Shown here piece after piece: positions 1 to 12,648 of a DNA stretch of 64,000 nt (the stretch's first letter is position 1; each line of letters starts with the position of its first letter). A program made the position numbers and the translations under genes. The notes under the pieces are model-generated. The model did not search any database, was not told the origin of the DNA, and saw only the letters and a list, made by a program, of their open reading frames with translations. The stretch spans positions 248,001 through 312,000 of the forward strand of contig MU006091.1 of NCBI GenBank assembly GCA_010093705.1, in the 5' to 3' direction. The DNA is from Patellaria atrata CBS 101060. Lineage: Eukaryota.

Positions 1-24
1 TGGGTTCGATTCCTAGCCTTGCTA
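1..24 (+). ncRNA. 3' end of a tRNA-like sequence (T-arm/B box), cut by the window edge; tRNA, pseudo-tRNA or SINE head
   Basis: tGGG-TTCGATT-CCTA forms a T-arm with a B-box match (GGTTCGATTCC), followed by 7 nt that could be an acceptor strand plus discriminator A. The 5' part is outside the window, so the identity cannot be determined. Confidence 0.35.
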
Positions 25-1611
25 AAGGTCAGAATTGGGGGAGGGGTCTCAGGATAGTGCCCTGAGGGAAAATATGGAGGGGCGGGCCATATTAGAGGAT
101 ACTTTTTTTCTCTTTTTTTTCCCCCTTTTTTCCTATATTGTCTAAAGGGGTAGTCAGTTCGGTGTTGTGGGGTGTGTGTAGTGAGTGTCTCAATAGAAGT
201 GGGCAAACGCCTTATATTCGGTTGTTTTAGTTATGTTAACGGGTTCCCTTTTAGGAGGAATGAAATAGATCCGCCCGAGATTGTGGTAGAACGGATTTCA
301 TTTGTCAGGCAGACCAGAAGCAAATGATGGGTTTTTGGTCCTCATTAAAGAATATCCCGGGCCATAGAGGTAGGTAGCATCGAATCTAGAGTGAGTGATG
401 AATATATCAAGTCAACGTATATCACTACATCCGATGTCTAGACTGTCTGTGACGGTAATCTCGGAACTCTAGTAAGAAAACAAATATATAATGTTCGTGG
501 CCGTGGGAAGAAAAAGCTACGTGAGAATTAAGATGAGGTCATACAGAGCACGAAAGGAATTAGCACAATACTTTATCGAACAGAAGTCTTCAAGGAGGGA
601 TCCCAGCTGAGGTATTTTTCGCTGTTTCTGTTACCATTTCCTTGTTCCTTGTTCCTTTAGAGAACAAGTTCCTCTGGCATCATACCTAAGACATATTCGC
701 TCGATTCAGTTCCCTCATCCCATATACCCCATCAAATAGCGCAACCCACCTCTGAACCCTCTCCGTTTTCGCGTCGTCTAGTGTAGGGAGGTTCGTCGTG
801 TTTCTCTCCAATGGGAAGTTTAATCATTGATGCAAGACTCTATCTGCCTAGCTTGGAAGGAAGGTTTAGGACTCTGTGCTCAAATAAAGGGGCCGCGGAA
901 CCATAACTAGGATAGCCACCACGTCCTCGAAATGGTGTATCGTGCGGATTGAATTACCAAGACACTGGAGCGAAGGGCGGTTTCACTGTCAACATTAGTA
1001 CCGGGGTGTCTTCCGTAATCTTTATGCTCCTATTAGGTTACGTTCAGTTAAGCCTAGATCACAACACTCTCTGGCCCTATAGAGTCTGTAAGAAAGATAT
1101 ATTCGGCGTCCATCAGCCACGACAACGGTAGTCATCATTCCCTGTTTCCACTAGATGGCGGCTACAAGCGGATTCATATGGAAGATAAGTGACGAATGAG
1201 TTTGCTGCCAACACCGCTGGCCAATGATGGAAGATGATTGAGCGGGGAGAAATTGAGTAGTATGACAGGGATGGGAAAGTGAAGGCTAGTTTTAGTAATA
1301 AAATGGGTAAAGTATAAGAGTCACAAAGCAGTCAAAATCAGCAACCCAGGTCAGGAGCATGTAGAAGTTAAGAAGATGTATTTTACTTCACTAATGCAAG
1401 AGTGAAGAACTCTTTGATCAAATGAGAGAGCTGAATCCTTGAAGTCAGTGAAAGAAGACCCAGGGTTCAATGAGAAAGATGACTTCTGTTCTCCACAGCC
1501 ACTCCATGAAGAAAGCACTTTTCGTTGCAAAGATCACACCATCCAGCAACCTTTCCATCAAGAAAATCAACCTATCATAGGAGCCGTTGTAATTCGGAAA
1601 TCCACACGGCA

Positions 1612-2262
1612 TCAGAGCATGTTGCAAGCCCACTGACCAGCCCAAGGAAATCCACCATTGGGTTTGCCAGCATTGTCCGGGTTGGCACAGTAAGCGCATC
1701 CGATACGGCTGAGGCCCGGATTCTGCAAGGTGTCAGCATGGCCAGTAATACCACGAAGATCAATGTGGTAAATGTCTTGAACAACTGTGGTGCACCAGTT
1801 GACATTTTGACGTTCCTCATCACGAGTCAGCTGAATAGCCTCCCTCTCACACAGCCAGATGACGTAGGTAGCTTCGAAGGGGCTACCACCGTAGAGCCAG
1901 ACGGGCGAAAAGTCGGAGCCGGGGGTGATAACTTCATTGACATTGTTAATACCGGCCATGTGGTGAGATTGACCTTTGGCGCCACAGCGGTTGTAATCGA
2001 CAGTCGATCGGGCCGTGCTAACAAGCCAGTCGTCCCATCTCATGTCGGGCTTGCCGAAACGCCTACGCCAGCGGTTGATGACATCGATAATGCAGATACC
2101 TGAGGTGTTAGGGCAGGCGGCTTGGACCGAGCGAATGGCAGGTTCGGTGACGTTGACAGGATCGGGTGGGCTGTAGAAGCTGGGAGCCAAAGTTTGCGCT
2201 TGGGGAAGACCGTTGATCGCAGGGAGGATCAGCATGAAGGCAAGTTGAGTGATGAGAAGCAT
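1612..2262 (-). CDS. Secreted cysteine-rich CAP (SCP/PR-1)-like protein
   Basis: 216-aa ORF with a signal peptide (MLLITQLAFMLILPAING). CAP-like motifs: INRWRRRFGKPDMRWDDWL, WLCE, TGHADTL, RIGCAYC and a terminal W-A-C. Confidence 0.7.
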   Translation of the reverse strand: MLLITQLAFMLILPAINGLPQAQTLAPSFYSPPDPVNVTEPAIRSVQAACPNTSGICIIDVINRWRRRFGKPDMRWDDWLVSTARSTVDYNRCGAKGQSHHMAGINNVNEVITPGSDFSPVWLYGGSPFEATYVIWLCEREAIQLTRDEERQNVNWCTTVVQDIYHIDLRGITGHADTLQNPGLSRIGCAYCANPDNAGKPNGGFPWAGQWACNML

Positions 2263-2899
2263 TTTGATCTGATTGACTTAGTGGAGTATACAGTTATGGG
2301 TGGAAAGATTTACTAACTGATGGGCAGATTCTGTGATAGTTATTGAGAGAAGTTGAATGAGATGATTTAAACTTTTCAACTGGTCGAAAGAATGTTGGTG
2401 AAGGAAGGATAGAGAGACAGAGAAAGTAGAGATATATATACACCTCTTACCTCGATGAGTCTTTCACATCAAACAACATCATGGGCCGATTTTCTCAATC
2501 GTTTGTGGTAATCACTGGGAACACAACCGGCTCAGATATTAAAGGGGCTTGTCGAAAGATAAATTGAGTAGAAATATTACAAAGTGGTATCTGTATAGAT
2601 ACAGAAAGAATTCAAAGTAAAGTGACTGATGATCCTCTTACAATGGCAATACCAACCGTTCCGTTTGGAATGCTCTGCATCCTCACCATAATACTACTAG
2701 CTATTGAATACATGTTGCAGAGAGTGTTAGAGCGGACTCCTGAATGGCTTTTGTAGTGGCTTCTCGAGTGTGTTCTATTGATCCATAAGATCTTAAGCGA
2801 CTGGGCAGTAAGCGATCCTATGTACTTGTTCACTACATGTAACAAAGGAGCAACCATACAGTACTGAGGAACATTAACCGTGAAGGAAAGAGATAAGGT

Positions 2900-4273
2900 T
2901 CAAATTTCCATAGACTCTTCAAGAGCAAGTGCTATCATTCTTTCAATTTGGCCTGAACAGTATGCTCGGAACGTTTCCAAGCGCTCCGAAGGGTCCAGTA
3001 TACCCCAAGAGAATTGAATCCAACCGCCAACTGGACCAGTAATCATTTGGGCGACGAGGGATTTTGCATACACAATTTGGTCGACAAGATCGCTTGAAAG
3101 TTCCTCGTCCGTACCTCGACAGACATTTTCCGCTTCTTCCAAAGATAGGAACGCATCTGCAGGTTGACCTCTCTGGTGAATGCTAACAAGTCCGTCGAAG
3201 TACCACATCTTCGCTAGATTCTTGCGAGTGAGGATATCACGTACGGTGGCGCTGAAAGCGCTACCAGCGACATTCATCAGTCCGTCGCTGTTAATCCGAA
3301 GGTGATGCCTGACTTTATAGAGGATGATGTTGTACCGGGCAGCTATCCGAATGGGGAAGGCGGCGTTACCGATCTGGGTCCCGGGAGGATTGTGCAGGTC
3401 GTCCCAGTGGCCGTTTGACCAGGTGTTGATCTCCACCGAAGTTATGCATACGTATAATAAACATGCCCTCGTATCTTGACCTTTGCTATCGAGTTCGTTG
3501 CCAAGGGCGAGCAGAGTCCGGAGAAGCGAGACGTAGTCCCAGTCCTCGTCTGGGTCGGTAACCTCCCGAACCGATGGTAAGGATAAGGATCCTGCAACAT
3601 CCTCCACGTTTACGGCACCTCTCATGCTGGCCGAGAGTTCTTTTACGAGTGACAAATCGAATGCACCACGAAACATAAATGTTTGGTGTGGATTGCATAT
3701 TTCAGTAAATGGATTGAACACCCCTCGCTGCTTTGCAATCTTTGGCACACCGTGTATAGTTCTTCTAATGAGAAAGTCGAAACTGAAGCCACTGGGTCTT
3801 CGACAGTATCTTCTATCTAAGTAACGGAGCCAGAGTATAAATTGCGGCATATCTTTCGCAAAAAAGACAAACTGGGACTTTGGTAGAAGTCTTGGATCCT
3901 CCAAATATTCCGGAGTGCGTATCTGGATCTCAAACTGATGGTATTCAATGCTCGTTGGCGCATGAACTTCCCAGCATGGAATGTCGAAGGCCCTAAACCG
4001 TCCATCGAGGGACTTACCGCAGACAGTAACGAATACGGGAGTCAAAGTCCCATACAAATAGGATGTCGAGATTCTGTGCCATCGTTGACTTACTCGGAGG
4101 ATAGCGGGATACATCCGTTGCCTTTGGTGGTATTCATTCCCCGAATAGAGCAACTCAGCCGGCAGTAGATATGTAACAATCTCTCGCCGGAGCTCAATTG
4201 GAAGAGTATCGATAAGCGAGGTGGATTCGTCCGGGTCGGTGGGTCTAGTTGACGGAGGTTGAGGAGAGGCCAT
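2900..4273 (-). CDS. Hypothetical protein with N-terminal F-box-like motif
   Basis: Long intronless ORF, likely ATG at 4273 (MASPQ). LIDTLPIELRREIVTYLL...ILRVSQRWH resembles a fungal F-box; the C-terminus looks helical, possibly TPR-like. Confidence 0.6.
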   Translation of the reverse strand: MASPQPPSTRPTDPDESTSLIDTLPIELRREIVTYLLPAELLYSGNEYHQRQRMYPAILRVSQRWHRISTSYLYGTLTPVFVTVCGKSLDGRFRAFDIPCWEVHAPTSIEYHQFEIQIRTPEYLEDPRLLPKSQFVFFAKDMPQFILWLRYLDRRYCRRPSGFSFDFLIRRTIHGVPKIAKQRGVFNPFTEICNPHQTFMFRGAFDLSLVKELSASMRGAVNVEDVAGSLSLPSVREVTDPDEDWDYVSLLRTLLALGNELDSKGQDTRACLLYVCITSVEINTWSNGHWDDLHNPPGTQIGNAAFPIRIAARYNIILYKVRHHLRINSDGLMNVAGSAFSATVRDILTRKNLAKMWYFDGLVSIHQRGQPADAFLSLEEAENVCRGTDEELSSDLVDQIVYAKSLVAQMITGPVGGWIQFSWGILDPSERLETFRAYCSGQIERMIALALEESMEI

Positions 4274-5940
4274 CTCGAAACGGAGCTCTGAGCGTAGAAT
4301 TGAAAGAATATATTCTATCCATCGGATCACAGCTGTCTAAACTTGAAGAAACAATTGGATAAAAATCCTGAATGATTTTGAGAAGTGAAATTCTGACTAG
4401 TTGTGAATTGTTCATCGCGCTTAACAGACCGCAAGAGAGACACATTATAGCTAGTTAAACGTTGAAAAAATTGGACAGCCTCCATATACACAGCACGATA
4501 TAGAAAACATCAATATGAACCAGACTTACGGTTAGAGTTGTTCGGAGATTACTATCCTCATTTGTTAGCTGGTTTACTTCTCCTCCACGCTAGCGGAGGT
4601 GGCCGCCAACGCGAAATAATCAGAGCCCAAAGTCAACGTAGTACAAAATGACCTCTCAGCCCTACCAAAGAATATTCAACGTAGAACAACATCTGTATTG
4701 TCTTACCGGGATTTGGAATTGGCTCCCGTTACAGTAAGAAGCCTAAGTACCTTACTCAGCTAGAGGACGGACCAATTTATGCGGGCTGTCATACACCCCT
4801 TTCTGTCGCCACTATTTGACATGAAGGATGAGACTATATGTATATCGGATGCATCTCTGAAGTTAGATAATGACTGATGCAATGTGAATACGCGTATCTT
4901 ATAACAAAGTCTCGGCAATTGTGTACTCCTTTTTCAAGAACTACTGCCAAGAGCGTCATCATTGGTAATGAACGGCGATATGGCGTAAATAGGGAACGAC
5001 TTACCATAGACCATGTATACAGTTGTGATACTCAAGTAGGAATAGAGCGAACGCCTCGCATGCGGGAGTGACAGTCCGGCCTACCACACTATCGAATAGA
5101 AGACTACCAACAAGGTGCTCTCGGTCCCGATCCGATCCCTAAATCTCCTCTTCGCCTCTTCCGGGATTTCCTAATACGGCCCCCAATTCGCATTTATATA
5201 CGCCTCCTCTCTCCATGGACAAGCCAGGAAGACGACATAAGTTGGTTACGCGTGCCACTTAAATCCTTGCTAAGTGTGGTTTAAACCCCTTTTGCCCCTT
5301 TCTGATGCTGGCGAAGATGTGGAATAGTAGGATAAGAGTCACTGATATCCTCCAGGCTCGGAAGTCATTCCGTGTTCTCTGCATACTCGTCGGCGTTGCC
5401 ACGCCCCAAAGGAAACTCTAATCCTACATTCGAGTGGGGGCCTGCGTGGAAGCTACTTCTATGACATCGTGCCTGGAAAATTTTCTTTCCTTTTGGCCGG
5501 TGGTTGTCCTTGATAGGGGAAGGGCGGCCGGTTGCTTACCCCTTTGTCGCCTGCGTGGCATTCCTGAGTTGCACTTATTAGATTTGGTATCAAAAAGTCG
5601 AAACAGTTGGAATCACGAAGATTCAACAGGGTTAATCAATTTGATACTATTGGTAATATACGTCATCCCTTGTCGCCGATGGCGCTCCTAGGCTTCGTAT
5701 GTATTCTCGACATCTACTGTACTGGTGGGATTTTTAGTTTCAAGTATTACGACATCTTGAAAGTATATGAACAACCTAGATTGATTGCACATATACGAGT
5801 TCGCAGTATCCTTTCGTGTTTCCCCTGCAGTAGAATCGGGGATAGCTTGAAGAGGGAGCGTACAGTAGGCCAGGAATTTAAGGTTATGGGAAGGGATAAT
5901 TGCAGAGCAGACTTTTCACGGTAGCCCGCATAGAAAGAAA

Positions 5941-6762
5941 TTATAGAATTCCGGGGAACAAAACGCTTTTCGTCTCCTGCTTGTATTTGATCCAGTCGGC
6001 TCCATACCGTTGGGTGCAGTACTCATCCATAACCGGAATGGCCCTCTTAGCGAAATCAAACGTCAACCATGTACAAGCAAGAAGTCCAAGTGCCCAGTTC
6101 CCTGCTGCTAGTGCGTATCCGGCCCTCCACAAGGCATAACTTCCATAATTGATGTGTCTCGCCAGACTGAATAGGCCACCGGTATATACATTTCCCTTGT
6201 TCTTCGGATCTGCCTTGAAGTTCCGGCGCTGGACTTCCGATATCGTCTCAGTCAGGATTCCGGTAGCATATAGTGTTGTTCCAATAATGAGAGGTGCTTG
6301 GGGGAAGATAGAATTGCTCGAAAGCGATCCCGATGTAGCAGTACATGTAAACAACAGGTCACAGAGACTGTTGAACACTGTGTTATAAACTGCCACTGGT
6401 ATAGCCGCTGAAGGCTTGAATTCTTCCTGTGAGACAAAGATCAGCCAATAACATTGTTTGACAGCGCTTCCGATAGCCATGCCGAGAAGAATCGCTCGAT
6501 ATGGAGAGAGCCCTAACGAATCAAGAAATGTGCCAGTATTCGTGGGAAGACCAGGAGGAAGTGTTTTGAGGCCGAGCCTAAGAATAAGAGAGGAGCCAAT
6601 CCCCCGTGCTAGAATTCCGTATTGAAGAAACGGGTCGAGAGAGCGTAGACCAACAAAGGCCAAAGTTCCAAGAGGAGAGGGCTTCTTGATACCTCGCGAG
6701 ATGAGGTCGTACGATTCCATAGACCGTTTCGTTTGAGGGATCTGCGAGTCTGGAGACGCCAT
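5941..6762 (-). CDS. DUF1295 / steroid 5-alpha-reductase-like membrane protein
   Basis: 273 aa with hydrophobic segments and the family motifs ETISEVQRRNFKADPKNKG, GLFSLARHINYG and YKQET. Confidence 0.8.
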   Translation of the reverse strand: MASPDSQIPQTKRSMESYDLISRGIKKPSPLGTLAFVGLRSLDPFLQYGILARGIGSSLILRLGLKTLPPGLPTNTGTFLDSLGLSPYRAILLGMAIGSAVKQCYWLIFVSQEEFKPSAAIPVAVYNTVFNSLCDLLFTCTATSGSLSSNSIFPQAPLIIGTTLYATGILTETISEVQRRNFKADPKNKGNVYTGGLFSLARHINYGSYALWRAGYALAAGNWALGLLACTWLTFDFAKRAIPVMDEYCTQRYGADWIKYKQETKSVLFPGIL

Positions 6763-8050
6763 TGTGATAGAACTTGTACAACAAAGTGTGAGCTCTGTAT
6801 GAGTTGTTCGATTACTCGTATGGTTCGAAGTTCTGTTAACTGTCGGTGAGGGTTGAGGATCTCGTCAAGTCGATGATGTCGTCCATGATCTTGGATTGAT
6901 CGGCAACGGCACAATTGAGAGTCCGTGGTGCCGACTCTCGGCGAATAACTTTCCCAGAACCTCAACAGTAGAATTGGATTATTGCAGTTGCAGTTCGACC
7001 AATCCACCAGGTCAGCTGAACAAAAGGTTACAAAACCATCTCAGTGACAGTAACCGTTGACGTTCGAGGAAGATGCTCTCCTGCTCTGCGAAGTATTGCA
7101 GGGTGGCGGTGGACTGGTGGATTCACTTAGGCGCCTCAGAAGGCTGCTGGTAAGAGGACAGCCTACCCAATAAAGATGAAAAGTTTTCACCAGTTGCTTT
7201 ATAACATGTCTCTGAAGGATTATTCTTTTGCTAATGTGCCTTCTATGGGACCATCCACTGGTACGGACTACCGTCCCCAATATGACCGTAACCTAGCGAT
7301 GCTCTCGTCCTCTACGAGGTAATGGTGCTCTATGGAGATCGAGGAAGGTATATCTAGGATCAAGAGTGGAATACCTTTTAGGTTTCAAAATATCAGAAGT
7401 TTCATCTACTATGATAAGTCAGGAAACTGAATGAATCAAGAATAAAACTTACCTTACGCGTCAGACGCAATTGGACTTAGAACAAGTGCTAGCTCCACGC
7501 CACATCTGTGAAGCCATCCTGATTCCTGGAACTTGTTCCCACATCGAAACTGTACAGTTGTATATCCTTGCGCCACTGATGTTTCCTGTTCCATTTCCAG
7601 GGAAAAGTTGTCTCTAGAAATTTCGGTCATACTCGCAAAATAGCAATGTTAGTTGAGTCGCTTCACACATTTCTTCTACTACAAGTAGGCATCCGTTGCC
7701 TTAACAAAATGCTATGGATATCATGGCCTTCACAAATGCATTTCCAACCCTTGTCCAATCGTATTGTACGTTTTCCAGACAAGCAGCTACCTTAGAGGTA
7801 CGGTTCCCTTCGAAAGTCCTATCCGATCCCCTATCATACTTCGAAGCTCTTCATAGCTTGAACTTCATTGTATATGCAAGGCCGTACAGTAGTATCGTAT
7901 TTTAAGTTATCGAAAGATCTCCGTTCTCTGTACTATTTGACCACCAATACACCGTTTGAACCGCTTGTTAGTCCCAAACTGGAAGCAGATACGTTCCTTG
8001 AGTTCAACAGTGTAGTGTACTACGGTTCAGGGTGATCTTCCGGGGAAGCG

Positions 8051-10215
8051 ATGACGTTGCTCGGATGCGTACGGCCCGAACGTAGCCTTCCTTTACAAGA
8101 TCACGTCGCTGTTGATGATGACGATATTGCCTATTCAAGTGATGATCTTGAATCAGCCAAAGGCGGTAGGGAAGAGCTCAACTCTATAAATGGACATTCA
8201 AAACTTCCGAAAATGCAACACGTTAAACGATTGGGTCATCAAACTAAGGCTAAGGCAAAGAAGGCTCTCCGGCTTCGTGAGACTCAGGCGAACATCGAAG
8301 AGGATGACGCCAGCATCAGTAAGGCTCTCGAACAGAACCCTGCATTTGCACCGGAGAAGGCTTTAGCAGGACATCAACAGAATCTCTCTGGTAAAGTCAA
8401 GAGCACGCTAGGAAAAGTACAGGACGTTGGGTTCGCAATCATCAACCCAAAAGAAACCGTGAAACATAAAGCTACCATAAAATTAGCTACAGGAGAACAA
8501 CCATTTCTTCCCCAACGAGCTGATGAGAGTCTTCTCGATGCTCATGCGGCGCTGTATGATGCTCAATCTAGACCATCAACAATAGAAGAGGACTCCGAAG
8601 ACGGAGAAGACATAATCAAATGGCAGGAGAGGATTAATGATCTTGAGGAACACCGTTCGAGTATGAAAGTGGCATGGACAACGAGCCGGTTTGTGCATAG
8701 AGTTCGTGTGCATCGGCAGGTTCCAATTGAGTATCCAACTCGTGAGGAGCTGGAGGAGTACGATGAGCACGGTAACTACGTACGGTTTCAGTGGGAAAAG
8801 TGGTTTGCGAGACTGCTTCTCCGTCTTGCGGGAGACCCTGCAACTCGAGCCATTGACAACTCTGACTTCGGAACATTTGACCGGGATCTTTTCGCACAGC
8901 ATATCGAACGTATCATCACAGCATCCGGACCGTTGCAGGAATGGTTCATTAACCTTCGAAAGATCTATCGATGGGAAGATCCTAAGCTCTCGGCTACATG
9001 GTTCATAGTGTTCCTCTTACTTTGGTATTTGGACTGTGTTATCACTTTTGGGGTACGTATTTGAATCAAAATCTAACATCGTACGCTCCATACGCTGACC
9101 TTTCCTGAAGCACGTCTGGGTCGTATTCGTAACGGTTAAGAACCGATATCGAAAAGGTTCACTTGAAGCGCTGCGCGAATCCTATGAACGTACCGTGGAC
9201 CGCGGAACTAAGGCGTACAAGTTTAGTGAATTGATCAGTAAACATGGGCAAGGTGATTGGCTTGATCCATTGGTCGAACAAATCGGGCCATCTATTGAAC
9301 TTCAGGTATGATCTAACTTCCCTCTCCAACCCTCATTAATCACCAATGCTAATAATATGTGTAGGCTAGGGATGTTGCCGATTTTATGGAAATCTTAAAA
9401 AAGTAACCATCTCCTGTCTACACTATCCCTCTTTATCATGCTAACCTCGTTACAGCTTTTATGACTGGAAGGATGTCAACAAGAGTGCTTGTTCTATATT
9501 CTACATTTGTTCGTCTATACTGCTCGGTCTACTGACTACTACACAATATTGCATGAGGATATTCACATTTGGCTGCATCATATGGTTCTTCCTAGGACGC
9601 CCTGTCGCCAGTCATCACCCTAAGTATCGACACCTAGTCAGTCCGATTAATTATGTATTTTGGGACATTCCTTCGAACGCTGAGTGGTCCTTCCGATATC
9701 TTTGTGACCGAGCGCAGAGAATGCGTCAAACTATGATTAAGCAGAAATTCGAGCAGAAGTTGGCTCGAAACGTTAGCAGCACCACTCATCCGCCGGTAAA
9801 CGCGAAAACGATTGAAAATACCGTGTTCCCAAACCGAGACGCTTTCGGAGATATTGACCTTTTCTCCTTCCGATCCCACTATCACGGACATGTGGGACAT
9901 TTCATTATCTCGACCTTAGGCTTCTGCTTCGTCCACAGCATAGCCCATAAACAACTTTGGCACCGTAAGTTTGTAGAACTAGACGAGATAAGGAAGATCA
10001 AGACGTCCAGTTCCAGGCATCTAGGTATCGACAAAGACCACTTTCTAGAATTTAGTTTTACGGACGGGAGTACGAAAACAATCGAAGTACCAAAGAAAAG
10101 GGATGAAGTGTTTAATACGGTCATAGGGTTTTCGGGGCTGCAGTGGAAGCAGCTGCAACCAAAGCCTGGAAGGTATAGGCATGATGAAGGGGGGTTTGAG
10201 GTGGGTAGTGAATAG
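8051..10215 (+). CDS. Membrane protein with C-terminal GRAM/PH-like domain (4 exons)
   Basis: Two ORFs are joined through GT-AG introns at about 9053-9110, 9306-9364 and 9403-9455. Motifs: RKIYRWEDPKLS plus TM segments, FWDIPSNAEWSF, and C-terminal RDEVFNTVIGFSGLQW. Confidence 0.7.
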
Positions 10216-11129
10216 TAAAAAAAAAATTACCTAAAGAAGTACCTTAAATTATCTTTGTTGTGACAGATTCATCGAATTCGTGACAATATACGAGCGCACA
10301 GCTCCTTCACACATTCGGCTCGCTAGCTTATACCCTGAAGGGTGCCTGCCCCTTTTGCAGATCATAACGCTCGCTCCTCTGTCTGTACTGCGCCTCCTTG
10401 CCGTACTTGTTTCTCCCTATCGTACGGACCTTCTCTACTGTACAGTCCCCCTTCACATAAATTAACCCCTTACCACGTTATCCCTGCTGGACTACTATCC
10501 TTATTTACTATACTGTACATTCTTATAGTACTCACATGTTTGCCTTGATATTTGCCCCTGAAGGGAGTTTCAACCACAAATCAGCCAGGCTCTACAAATG
10601 GACCGGACTGTACAAGTCGACAATCTGTTCGGATTAACGAGATTGCAAAACCAATGGACTGTACTAAACCAGCGGACAGGGGCAAATGAGGGGTTTATAA
10701 GAAAGGAATCGTCCGTATGTTAGGATTGGAGGTATGGAGTGCTCTGACATCTCATATGACGAAAGGAGTAGCAGCAAGGGGAATGATATAATCAAAGGAG
10801 AAAAGACGAAGGTATATGATTTGAAATAGAATACTATCTTGATAAGAATAGGTTGAAAGACATTCAGTTGGCGTCTTATAAATTCTATTTAGAAAACTTT
10901 TTAGAACCGGGTATCTGATATCCACATGATGAATCGGCTTGAAGTTCTCTCGAACCCCCTGTCCTCCCCTCGATAGGCAAAAATAACCTTGATGGCTCCG
11001 AATATGACCTCATATGCTGCAATCACTTACACATGATCAACGTAGATTCCGCGTATGCGACCTAAGGACCAAAGAGAGATTCAGATCTTCTTAGATGGTG
11101 AGATAGATGAATATGACCATTTGAATCCC

Positions 11130-12247
11130 CTAAGCTTTACGCTTTTTCGAGGGAGGACCGTCTCGTTCGCTTCTTCCCTTCTTCAGCTCTTCGCCCAGCT
11201 TCTGGAGGTTAACTCTCGCATCTTCCTCGTCTTCGCTCTCCTCATCGATCTCTTCTATTTCCATATCTGAGTCATCGAACTCCAGATGCTCTGCTTCTTG
11301 TGCTGAAGCTACGAGAAAAAGGTTAGTCATAAGACTTGTTCGTGATCTAGGAAATGTTCAATCAACGTACTGAAATATCTAATGGCACTTGGCCATAGGT
11401 CCTCTGCAATGACAGTAGCCAATTCTTCACCACTCGGGTGGACCTCCAATCCTTGATCGTAATTTTCAATTTTATCTGCAGGATCCTCTGCCTTTTCACC
11501 TTTTGCCCTCTTCGCTCTCCGCTCTGCTTCCGCAGCGTTTGCCTCCGCAGACTCTTCCGCGGTGATGTACTTCCTTGAAGAAACGAAGCTGAACAACGTA
11601 AAGAAGCTCACAGATTCTGCGTTGCATTCTTCCAACAGATCAGAAAGTTTCTCCGCTTCTTTACTATCCTTCGCCGCATCGCCCTTTTGCTTCCGCACTT
11701 CCCAATACGCGACAGCGGCATCTGTGATCCCGTTTGTCAGGTCTCCGCCGTCCTTCCAGTTTATCTTTACTGGTTCGCTAATCAGACCAGTCCAATTCTC
11801 TTCCGCGCGCCTGAACCAAAACTTCTTCTCCAGTACCCTGTCTTCAAAATGCTCGTTTGGCTCGAACTCGAACGTCATGGCGAAGCTGCGGGGTGAGCCA
11901 TTGGGGTCATCTATCTCGAAGCGATCTATGGAGATGCTTTTGAGAGCGTTTGCGAAGAGATTGGAGTCGGAAGGCTGAATGAACTGGTCGATTTCTTGGG
12001 GCGCCATCTCGAGGACGGAGCTCCAGAAATGGGGTATTTGGGACACCAGAGCTTGTCGCTTTTCATAAAGAGGTTTCGAGAGCTTGTATTGCTGTTTGAC
12101 TGTTCGTATAGAAAGTTAGATATCATACTAAATTGAATGCGCCTGTAATTGCGCCTTACGAAGTTGAACGTCAACATCGTCGAAATCTTTCTCGAGCTCC
12201 GCAAGCTCTTCGTACGTGACCTTGCTTTCGTTCTCTGTGCCCGTCAT
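11130..12247 (-). CDS. NAP/SET-family histone chaperone (Vps75/NAP-like), 3 exons
   Basis: ATG at 12247 and two GT-AG introns. Motifs IPHFWSSVL, FEFEPNEHFED, INWK, SFFTLF and IAEDLWPSAIRYF, then an acidic tail ending in the NLS-like PPSKKRKA. Confidence 0.85.
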
Positions 12248-12648
12248 GCTGAAACCCCAGTAACTGAATTGGTTAGAAGGTCAGAGCAATAGAATTGATC
12301 TGGAAAGTTATGGGACGAGATAATATCACGGCGTTGCTTCTGAACGAGAAATATTTCATTCGAATAAGTTTGTACCTCAAGTTTCCGTGGGGAGCTAAGG
12401 CAGTACGGTGATCTATTCATACATATAAAACTACTATCCCCGCCTTATTGCCGTGTTTGCTCTTCGTCAAGGCTCAGGAAGCTCCGACGTTCATCTGTAA
12501 ACCAAACAAAAATAAAAATTATCTAAACTATCCCCAGCATGCATACAACATAGCGCATATCGATGGAGGAATGCTAGTCCTGACAAATAAAGCGACATAA
12601 CTAACCCACCTCAGTATCCTAAGTGCAGAATCCTGATCATCACTCAAT

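Noticed and set aside
820..1320. Stop-interrupted minus-strand frames that might be a pseudogene of a secreted protein
   Set aside because: No ATG, no recognisable family, and the frames are inconsistent. Not supportable without a homology search.
10550..10687. 11-bp inverted repeat ATTTGCCCCTG / CAGGGGCAAAT suggesting a MITE
   Set aside because: No target-site duplication is evident, there is no second copy in the window, and the local pyrimidine-to-purine skew favours chance matches.
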